A stretch of DNA of 64,000 bases from a virus. This document shows positions 36,129 through 45,200 of the stretch, one piece after another. The notes under the pieces are model-generated. The model ran no database searches and had not been told where the DNA came from. It saw only the letters and a program-made list of their open reading frames with translations. The number at the start of each line of letters is the position of its first letter. The stretch's first letter is position 1. The position numbers and the translations under genes were made by a program. Location: the IMG/VR virus record IMGVR_UViG_3300035682_000017, positions 1-64,000 of that record; one strand, written 5' to 3'.

Positions 36129-38426
36129 ATGGATTCTGATTATAAAGTATTTGATGGAACGGATTGGTTAGATCCATGTAAAAGAGAAATTTCTTTTTTA
36201 AAAACAGATTTAGCTTGGGAAACATTAGATCCTAAAAATAAAATTACCCATTATTTTGATGGAGTTGAATGGAAACGATTAATCTGTCCTGAATGTATAT
36301 GTGCACCTGGATATTTTGTAGATGCTGTTAATGACACTTGTTTTAAAGTTACCTATAAGGCTGCTCAATATAGAGAAGGTGCTGTTGTTTATGAATTAGG
36401 AACTGCGGATAATGCATTGTATGGTTCAAAAGGTTTGGCTTTATATCAAGATATTACATTTAAAACATTTCCTTTAAATGGATATAAAAGCGCACCTGGT
36501 GATTTTTTATCATCTTATCCAATTAAAGAGAATGCTGGAACTGGTACTCAATTATCAGTATTACAAACAAATGTTAATAATTTTCCAATTGGTGGAAATA
36601 GATTAAGAGCTTGTGGACTTTGGGCTAAAATTCCTGGCAGTTCTCCTGTTGCAAACTGGCCTAATGGACAATGGCTTACAGTTAAATATTGTATAAACAT
36701 TACTGAAAAGAAACAATATATTTTTGCTATAGCTGGTGATAATCAAATTAAAGCTTCAATAGATTCTACGACATTTAATGGAGGAGGTGTAACAAGTTTA
36801 ATTAATTTGTGGGGTGGTACTACAGCAGATGGATCAATAGCACCAGTTGCTTCAACTCAACCTTTTACATATTGGCACATGTTTCCAATAACACTTCCAG
36901 TTGGTTCTCATACATTAATTCTATCAGGATATAATTATAGTGATGCTGGTAGTTTTGGTGCTGAAATTTATGACTGTACTGCTACATTTATGAAGAATAC
37001 ACTTATGGCTGGTTTAGAAGCTATTGATCCATATTTACTTTTTTCAACTAAACAGCTTATAGTTCCCCCACCACAAGGTCCATTAGTAATTGCTGGTCCA
37101 ACAGAAACTAATCCTGGATTTACATGTGCTGATCCTACCACTACCTATAGTGAATGTTATGGAGCTCCAGCATGTGTAAAACTTCTTACATTAGATTGTG
37201 GTGAAGTTCCACCATTTGTTTTAGATTGTTCAACTGCAGTAACTGCTGGAGTATATATTGCTAACACGCCTGTTGTTAATGGAACTATTAATATACAATA
37301 TACTGGTGGAACTGGTCAAGAATATCCTTTATCAACAAGTCAGTCTACTGGTGTTACAGGACTTACTGCTACTTTGCCAGCTGGAGTTATGAGTCAAGGT
37401 GATGGTATTTTAACATTTAATGTAACAGGAACTCCTAATGAAGGGGGTACAATAAGTTTTGTTATTGACGTATTAGGACAAACTTGTACAGTTGATATTA
37501 CTGGTGATAATGAAAACACAGTTAATGTAAACTTCCTTGCTGATTATATTGTTTTAACATATACTTTTAAAAAACCTGGAGAAAGTGAACCTGCAGATAC
37601 TTGGATTCTTGATGATGGTACTGATTTTTATAATACACCATATACCGTTCCTGGTCAACCAACAAAACTTGTTAGAAATGATATTCAAGGAAAAGATTTA
37701 GATACACATACAAGAATTTATGCTGGACCTGATGAAAATAATCCTGTTCTTACTTCAGAATATTTTGGATATGGTACTGGTGCAAATACAACTTCAGTCG
37801 ATGGGCCTTACCCATATTATACTGTTGCAGGTGGTAACATAGGCTTTATTGTAGCCGCTGATGGAAATGGAGTTATACCTTTAGATGATGAAGCAGTATT
37901 TAGGTGGGGAAATGATAATACAGGAACAGGTTCCGAAACTGTTTTAATTAACGTAAAAGAATTTTTAAGAAGATTTGGTCCTGGAGGTACAAATGTTGGT
38001 GCAGCATCTGCTACTCAAATTCCTACACCTATAACAACTTTTAATGTTGAAATGAGAGCTTGGTGGTATGATTCAAGTGGAATACCAACTCGCTATCCAG
38101 TAAAAATGAAAGCTGAATTTTATAAGAATACTACTGCAAATCCAATTACTGGTATAACATGTCAAGCCTTTAAATTTATAATTGCAGGTGGTGAAACTAC
38201 TACTGTATTAACGCCACCAGTTATAGTAATAAATGATTTAACATTAGCAAATCTTAAAGATGATCTTTATTATAATGATAATGGTGCTCAAAACCTAACT
38301 ATACCAATAAGTAAAAGAATCAACGTGTTCACTTATTCTGCATTAACTGGTGCTGGTGCATTTGTAAATGATAACTATTCATTAATTCCAATAGCACCTT
38401 ACATAAGAAAACCTATTGATATATAA
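36129..38426 (+). CDS. Large beta-rich virion fibre/adhesin-like protein
   Basis: 765 aa; FDG.EW N-terminal repeats, Cys pairs, Ig-like segment (GVTGLTATL...VTGTP). Confidence 0.65.
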   Translation: MDSDYKVFDGTDWLDPCKREISFLKTDLAWETLDPKNKITHYFDGVEWKRLICPECICAPGYFVDAVNDTCFKVTYKAAQYREGAVVYELGTADNALYGSKGLALYQDITFKTFPLNGYKSAPGDFLSSYPIKENAGTGTQLSVLQTNVNNFPIGGNRLRACGLWAKIPGSSPVANWPNGQWLTVKYCINITEKKQYIFAIAGDNQIKASIDSTTFNGGGVTSLINLWGGTTADGSIAPVASTQPFTYWHMFPITLPVGSHTLILSGYNYSDAGSFGAEIYDCTATFMKNTLMAGLEAIDPYLLFSTKQLIVPPPQGPLVIAGPTETNPGFTCADPTTTYSECYGAPACVKLLTLDCGEVPPFVLDCSTAVTAGVYIANTPVVNGTINIQYTGGTGQEYPLSTSQSTGVTGLTATLPAGVMSQGDGILTFNVTGTPNEGGTISFVIDVLGQTCTVDITGDNENTVNVNFLADYIVLTYTFKKPGESEPADTWILDDGTDFYNTPYTVPGQPTKLVRNDIQGKDLDTHTRIYAGPDENNPVLTSEYFGYGTGANTTSVDGPYPYYTVAGGNIGFIVAADGNGVIPLDDEAVFRWGNDNTGTGSETVLINVKEFLRRFGPGGTNVGAASATQIPTPITTFNVEMRAWWYDSSGIPTRYPVKMKAEFYKNTTANPITGITCQAFKFIIAGGETTTVLTPPVIVINDLTLANLKDDLYYNDNGAQNLTIPISKRINVFTYSALTGAGAFVNDNYSLIPIAPYIRKPIDI

Positions 38427-38448
38427 AACTTAGTAATATTTAAAAATT

Positions 38449-40017
38449 ATGAGTAATAAATGTAATAAATGTAACAGCTTAGTTTGCGATTGCGTAAATG
38501 AGGCATTTGTAAGAAAAGGTCCAAGAGGTAAACAAGGACCTAAAGGTAATACAGGTGTAGGAGTTTCTGTAGCTGGACCACAAGGTATAGAAGGACCTAC
38601 TGGACCGGCTGGACCATCTGGTGTTATAGGACCTACAGGTTTATCAGCTTATCAAATTTGGGTAGCAAAAGGAAACATTGGAACTGAACAAGATTTTTTA
38701 AACAGTCTTATTGGACCACCTTCTCAACTTCCAGCTGTATCCGTAGGTACTACAACCACGTTAGCAAGTGGTACGCCAGCGTATGTAAATACAACTGGTT
38801 CTACTGCCAGTAATTCTATTTTTAATTTTGGAATTCCAACAGGACCTGCTGGTGAAAAAGGTGAAAAAGGAGATAAAGGAGAGCCTGGCGCACCTGGTGC
38901 AAACTGCTTAATATTTAAAAATGAAGCTGGTGCAGTAGTTGTTCCAGGTTCATTTAGAACTCAAGGGGGTGCAAACTTTGCAGATGTAACTACATTGCAA
39001 TTAAGTAAAACATCAATGCTTGGTTATTCAGGTTCTGTTGCTACAGCAAATAATGCTGCAGATTGGTTAGCTTCAATTGCTATTGAATCTGTAATACAGT
39101 TAACTAATGTTAATGATTCAACAAACTTTGGAATTTTTAAAGTAGGATCTAAAACTAATAATGCTTTAGGTGTAACTCTTATTCTTGACTATATTGCTGG
39201 AAATGGAATTGCTAATGCTACAAATTCTACATTAACAGTTTGTTATAATGTACCATGTATTGCTGAACCAGCAAATGTAAATCCAGACAGTCTTTGTGGG
39301 GATGATACTGGTGGTAGTGGAGTACCTCTTCCAGTTCCTGGTTCAGGTTGCGGATGTCTTCCAGTTGGATTTTTATCTCCTTTTGCAGGTGCAGTTGGTG
39401 CACCAGAAGGATGGTTGCCAGCAGATGGTTCAACAAAACTAATTTCTGATTATCCAGCATTAGCTGCTGTACTTGGAACTACTTATGGACCAACTACAAC
39501 GACTACTTTTAAATTACCAAACTTAAATGGTAAAGTTATTGCAGGACCTGGTAATTTTGGCAGTATTGGTCCTGGAGCAATTGGACAAGTTAAAGGAGTT
39601 GCTGATGTTACAACATCTATAGAACTTACGGTTGAAGGAGAATTAGGTGAAGCAATGTTACCTTTACATAAGCATACTGCTGGTACACTAGCTGCTGGTG
39701 GAGGAGGTGCTCACAACCATAAACTTAAACGAGATAATACTGGCGCACTTAGTGATCCTAATAGAGGTACATCCATAGATTTCAAAGATAGTCAAGAATG
39801 GGCTGGTCCTAATTATAATCAAGGAAATGATGATTTTAATGATACTACTAATAACACTGTATCTGCAGTTGCAGATCATACTCACCCAATTACAGGTGAA
39901 ACTGGTGAAGCTGGAACAGCTGGTTCACCAGATCCAGTTAGTTTAACTGGAAATACTAGTTTTGATGTTTCGCTTATACAACCAACTTTAGTAATGCGTT
40001 ATATGATTAAATTTTAA
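38449..40017 (+). CDS. Collagen-like tail fibre with tail-collar domain
   Basis: G-X-Y tracts; PVGFLSPFAG..PEGWL.ADG....DYPALAAVLGTTYG...FKLPNL collar; H-x-H motifs; QPTLVMRYMIK terminus. Confidence 0.85.
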   Translation: MSNKCNKCNSLVCDCVNEAFVRKGPRGKQGPKGNTGVGVSVAGPQGIEGPTGPAGPSGVIGPTGLSAYQIWVAKGNIGTEQDFLNSLIGPPSQLPAVSVGTTTTLASGTPAYVNTTGSTASNSIFNFGIPTGPAGEKGEKGDKGEPGAPGANCLIFKNEAGAVVVPGSFRTQGGANFADVTTLQLSKTSMLGYSGSVATANNAADWLASIAIESVIQLTNVNDSTNFGIFKVGSKTNNALGVTLILDYIAGNGIANATNSTLTVCYNVPCIAEPANVNPDSLCGDDTGGSGVPLPVPGSGCGCLPVGFLSPFAGAVGAPEGWLPADGSTKLISDYPALAAVLGTTYGPTTTTTFKLPNLNGKVIAGPGNFGSIGPGAIGQVKGVADVTTSIELTVEGELGEAMLPLHKHTAGTLAAGGGGAHNHKLKRDNTGALSDPNRGTSIDFKDSQEWAGPNYNQGNDDFNDTTNNTVSAVADHTHPITGETGEAGTAGSPDPVSLTGNTSFDVSLIQPTLVMRYMIKF

Positions 40018-40054
40018 AGAATGTCACAAAGGTTGGTTTCATGTGGCTGACAAA

Positions 40055-40088
40055 AAAATAGGTCCTGGGGTAATCTGGGGCCTATTTT
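40055..40088 (+). terminator. Intrinsic terminator
   Basis: AAAATAGGTCCTGG...CTGGGGCCTATTTT imperfect stem. Confidence 0.65.
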
Positions 40089-40104
40089 AACCTTTGTATT
40101 AATT

Positions 40105-40134
40105 ACCCACTAGGAAACTAGTGGGTTTCTTTTT
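40105..40134 (+). terminator. Second intrinsic terminator
   Basis: ACCCACTAG-gaaa-CTAGTGGGT-TTCTTTTT. Confidence 0.8.
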
Positions 40135-40181
40135 ACAGGTTTAATTTGTATTTTTGGTGGTAAATTAGTATATTATTAGAT

Positions 40182-40658
40182 ATGGTTAATGATTTAAAAG
40201 GAAATCGGATTAGAGAAATTAAAGGAAAGGTTATTGAAAAGATAGATGTTAAAAACTTTAATGTTAAATATCCTGAACACAAAGGCTTACAAAAAGAAGA
40301 TATACTAAAAGTAGTAAAAGTCTTTAATGCTAAAATCATTAGTGAAACTATTAATAACATTTATGGTGTTTCTTTACCACAAAACATTGGAGTTGTTTCA
40401 ATTGTAAATAAAGGACCATCAGAAAAAAGACCAATAGATTTTAAAAATTCTTTGAAAGAAGGAAGAGTTATTAGATATAGAAATTGGGATACTGATAATA
40501 ATATCATGGGGATAAGATTTTCACATAGTGGAAAAGGACTTCAACCTAAAAATATGAAGCTGTTTGGATTTACAGCAATAAGACAATTTAAAAGAGAAGC
40601 CTCTAAATATTTTAAAAAAAATTGGCAGAGATGTTTATTTATAACTAAACCACTTTAA
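40182..40658 (+). CDS. IHF/HU-like basic protein
   Basis: Helix-helix, then GVSLPQNIGVVSI strands and arm; position before the tail genes matches crAss-like IHF-like genes. Confidence 0.55.
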   Translation: MVNDLKGNRIREIKGKVIEKIDVKNFNVKYPEHKGLQKEDILKVVKVFNAKIISETINNIYGVSLPQNIGVVSIVNKGPSEKRPIDFKNSLKEGRVIRYRNWDTDNNIMGIRFSHSGKGLQPKNMKLFGFTAIRQFKREASKYFKKNWQRCLFITKPL

Positions 40659-40660
40659 GA

Positions 40661-41332
40661 ATGACAACAATCGGTGAATGTGTATCAAGACTTCGTAGTA
40701 AAATAAAAGCAAGAACAGAAGATGCTTTTGTTACAGACCGCTATCTCTATAGTGTATTCATTAGTTATGCTAAAGCTTTAATTAGAAGACAGGACAATGA
40801 AAATAAAATAATGAGATATGATTCATTATTTGAACTTTTACCAATGGTTGATTTAATTGAAGTTGATAAAGCAGAAGCTAATTGTGCTGGTATTAAAACT
40901 GGATGCAAAATAATGCGTACTAAAAATAAACTACCAAAAGTATTTCAAGGAAGCTTAGGTCCTATTTTTAGAAGTGTTGGACCTATTGATGGTTCAGATA
41001 CATTTCAACAAATTAATTCTGCCATCTATGTTGCAATGACAAGCTCAACTAATTTTAAATATAACAAGACTCACTACTTTTGGTATAGAAATGGTCATTT
41101 ATATTTTCCAGATATTAAATGGGTTGCTGTTCAAATTGAAGGAATGTTTGAAGAACCTGTAGATAAGTTTTGCAATCTAAATGATGTTGATTGTACAAAC
41201 ATGCAAGAGAAAGAATTAAATCTTCCAGAGTATTTAATTGCAGAAGCAGAACAAATGGCTTCTCAAGATTTGCTTACACCGGTTAAAATACCTAGTGATA
41301 CATCTGATGATCAACAAAACATACATAGATAA
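40661..41332 (+). CDS. Tail ring / tubular protein
   Basis: 223 aa; YFWYRNGHLYF...IEGMFEEP pattern; upstream of the muzzle gene. Confidence 0.65.
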   Translation: MTTIGECVSRLRSKIKARTEDAFVTDRYLYSVFISYAKALIRRQDNENKIMRYDSLFELLPMVDLIEVDKAEANCAGIKTGCKIMRTKNKLPKVFQGSLGPIFRSVGPIDGSDTFQQINSAIYVAMTSSTNFKYNKTHYFWYRNGHLYFPDIKWVAVQIEGMFEEPVDKFCNLNDVDCTNMQEKELNLPEYLIAEAEQMASQDLLTPVKIPSDTSDDQQNIHR

Positions 41333-42255
41333 TGGCTTCATATAATTTACAATACAGAACTTATGACCAATTGTTGGCAGAGGTTCAATCTGATTTTAAA
41401 AACTACTACCTTGAAGATTTTATTAATCCGCAAGAGTTCATTAAAGTTGCTAAAAGATGTAACCGTGAATTGGGTTTAAAGATATTTAAAACTCATGAAG
41501 CTGTTCTTGATGTAGAAAGAGGAAAAGCTAAACTTCCTAATAACTTTAATGTTTTAAATTTTGCATTCATTGTAGGCAAGTTTAAAAGAATTGAACCTGT
41601 TATTTCAGGTACTCATACAGAACGTGTACCAGTTGGAACTAAATATGATCCAGGAGTTGGAGATCTTGTAATTTGTGCAGATCCAGTTGTAAATCCTGAA
41701 AACACATGCTCTACTTGTAACGTGTCTGTTACATCTTGTAGTTGTAATGTTCAACTTAATTGTAAAGGTGAGCAAACAATACTTGTTCAAAAACTTAAAT
41801 ATGAAACAAGAGTATGGGAAGAGTTTACACCAATTAGAATAATTGAAAATGGAGATGTTGTAGATATGAATTGTCCAAATAAAAAATGGCAAGTTTATAA
41901 TTCTGCATACATTAAAGATAATTTCATTTATCCTTCTTTTCAAACTGGAAAGATTTATATAAACTATCAAGGTTTTTTAGAAGACAATGATGGAAACTTA
42001 TTAGTTCCTGATCATGATCTATTAAATGAGTTTTATGAATATGCTATAAAACAACGTGTGTTAGAGAATATGATTATGAATGGTGAAGTTGTTAATCAAA
42101 TGCAAATTCAATTGATTGAGCAAAGATTAAAAGCTGCAAGAAACAATGCATATTCATTAGTGAATACACCAGATTTTAATGAGTTAAGAAGAATATGGGA
42201 AGTTAATAGAAAAGCTCAATATTCTAATTATTACGACATGTTTAGAAGTATGTAA
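41332..42255 (+). CDS. Tail ring / tubular protein
   Basis: 307 aa; KAKLP.NF, SFQTGKIYINYQG..ED.DGNLLVPD...EFYEY pattern. Confidence 0.7.
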   Translation: MASYNLQYRTYDQLLAEVQSDFKNYYLEDFINPQEFIKVAKRCNRELGLKIFKTHEAVLDVERGKAKLPNNFNVLNFAFIVGKFKRIEPVISGTHTERVPVGTKYDPGVGDLVICADPVVNPENTCSTCNVSVTSCSCNVQLNCKGEQTILVQKLKYETRVWEEFTPIRIIENGDVVDMNCPNKKWQVYNSAYIKDNFIYPSFQTGKIYINYQGFLEDNDGNLLVPDHDLLNEFYEYAIKQRVLENMIMNGEVVNQMQIQLIEQRLKAARNNAYSLVNTPDFNELRRIWEVNRKAQYSNYYDMFRSM

Positions 42256-42257
42256 TT

Positions 42258-45200
42258 ATGGCAAAGAAAAAAACAGCATCTGCATCAAGCAGCACATTTA
42301 AGTCTACTGCTACTTTTGATAAAGCAATGGTAACGGATGTAAATGATTATCATTTACCGGAAAACGCATGGACCTATGCACGTAATGCAATTAACAATTC
42401 AAGAAAGGGTGACATTGGTAAGTTATCTAATGAACCTGGTAATCAATTTTGTACTACTGCTCCATTTAATATAATTGGTTCAATACATATTGAAAAAGAT
42501 ATTTGGGCTGTATTTTCAACAAACAATTATCTATCAGAGATTGGTTTATTTGTTGAAGGTGAATGTTCATATACAAAACTTGTAAGAAGTACGTGTCTGC
42601 GCTTTAAAACAACAAACTTGATCATTGGAGTAGCTAAACCAAATGCATTTTGTAGTCATGAATTATTTTGGGATGATGGTATTAACCCTACTAGGTATAT
42701 TGACATAAATAAAATTCCATGGCTTGAAACATGTGAAGATGTAGATGGATGTAAAATCTGTGAACCAACTTTGGATTCTAATGATGAAAAAATTCTTGAT
42801 TGTGAACAATTAAGATTAGAATCTATTTATAAAACTCCAACTGCAGTTGTTAAAAAAGGAGTTGGTATTGGAACATTAAACAATGGTACATATCATGTTC
42901 ACACGGCTTATTATGTAAATGAACAAAGAGTAACTGACTATACTACAATGTCAAATACAATTTCTTTATTTACACATGATAATGTTAATGGAAGTATTGA
43001 TGTAGATATTAAAAATTTAGATACTAATATCTTTGATGACTACGAGTTAGTATTGGTATACACTGTAGCAGAGAAGACTGTTGCTAGGCATATTGGTATG
43101 TATAGTACTGGTGTAACTAAAGTTTCTATTGATAATATAAATTTAGAATCTGGAGTTATTGATTCAAAACTTTTAGGTTACATTACACCTGTTCCAGATA
43201 AATCAAAAGGAGTTTATTCTACAGGTAAATATTTATTGCGTGTAAGTCCAACTGATAAATTTCAGTTTAACTACCAGCCATTGGCAAATCAAATTAGAAC
43301 TTTTTGGCAGTCTGTAGAATATCCAAAAGATTATTATAAAAATGGAGGCATTAATGTTGGTCACATGCGTGATGAAGTTTATACTTATTTCATACGTTGG
43401 ATTTATAACACTGGTGATAAAACTCCTTCTTTTCATATTCCAGGTAGAGGTCCTGTTGATTATGTTTTAACAAATGATGATGGTTCTAAAGGTTCCACTT
43501 TAAAAGAAAATGATCCCCTTCCGTCTTCATTTGAAAAGAATGTAATTGAGGATTATACTCCTAAAGTGTTTGAAGTATTCAATACAGCTTACTTTACTAA
43601 ATCTCCTAACACTCTTTTAGATGACGGTGGTGTTGTTATCCATGAAGGAAGAATGGGATACTATGAAAGTTTAGAATTATATCCAGATAACAATCCTCAA
43701 GTTTGGAATGCTAGTTCACATCTATGGTCTGATTCTGGTGATGATAATCATGACTTGTGTGGTAAACCAATCCGTCACCATAAATTCCCTGAAAATTCTT
43801 TAAACTATTCAGGACTGTATTCTGATATTACTAATCACTATAATAAAACTGGTGATAAGATTAGAGTAATGGGAGTTAGGTTTGAAAACATTAAACCTCC
43901 AAAAGATAACAAGGGAAAAGTTATTAAGAACATTGTTGGTTATGAAATCTTACGTGGTAGTCGTGATGGAAACAGAAGTGTTCTTTACAAAGGTTTAATA
44001 AATAACATGTTTGAATATGATCTTCCTTCTAAAATTACAAGTAGAAAAGGATTGTATGCAAACTATCCTTTTAATGATTTAAGACCAGATCCATTTATTT
44101 CAAAAAAGAAAACTAACTATGATACAGCAGGTGGTTTAAAAAATCTTGTACCAAATACAGCTTACAGTAAAAAACATTTTACTTTTAATTCTCCAGATGT
44201 ATCTTTTGGTAGACCTTTTTTAAATGCTAATGAGTTAAAGATTTATGGTATTGCTCATGGTATTTCTTCTGGTAAATATGCAGAAGCTAGTGATCACCCT
44301 AAACATAAATTTTATACAGATTTAGCTTTAGGTGTTGCTTTAATTGCTGGTGTTGGATATGCTATGGCTAAACAATTTGGTAAAAAGGTAAATACATATA
44401 CTGGATGGCAAAAAAATTCTACTGCTTTACCTTGGAATGTTACTGGTACAACTGTAGCATTTACTGGAGGTACTGCTATTGGATATTTACCTAATCCTAA
44501 ACCTACAGCTGCAGCTGCTGCTTTAGCTGCAGCAGATACTGTTAAAAATAATGCACTTAAAGGTTTAGGTATTCTTGATATATTTACTGGTACTAATACA
44601 AAAGAATTAGCACAAAAGGCTTATATTAAATCTACAGCTAGTGCTGCTGTAATGGGTTCGATGTATAGTTCTGCATCAAAGAATGAAGGATTTGATAATG
44701 TAGATCAAACTCCAACTGCATTAAGAATGATGCAAGCAATTCCAATGTTCTTAACTAACATGCAAGATGGTGCTAATAGTACTTTGGAATTAATAAAAGC
44801 AGTTTCTCCTTACAATCAATTTGCTCATCAGTTTATTTCTAAATGTGAGTATGAAGAATATCAAGCTCCTAGTGCTAATAATAGAAGAAGAAAGATTGAT
44901 GATAGTAGATATACTACATCGCAGATGCAAGACTTTCAAAGTACTCACATAATTAATAATTTGTATAGACCAACTGGCGTTGTGTTTAATACATTTAAAA
45001 ATGTTGAGAATACTGCAATTGCAGATGTATCGCGACCTGATAGATTATCTCAAATGGCTGACAATGATAAGTTTGAGTTTCAAAGAAGACGTGCTGCTTC
45101 TCACTACGTTGCATTTAAAAATCCGGATAGAAGACAATATGGTCAGTTAGATTCTATTAAAATGATTCCTACCAAAAGTGAATATGTTGAAATTGATTTA

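Noticed and set aside
29741-40017. Diversity-generating retroelement or invertible fibre cassette
   Set aside because: No reverse transcriptase, recombinase or adenine-variant template/variable repeat pair was seen.
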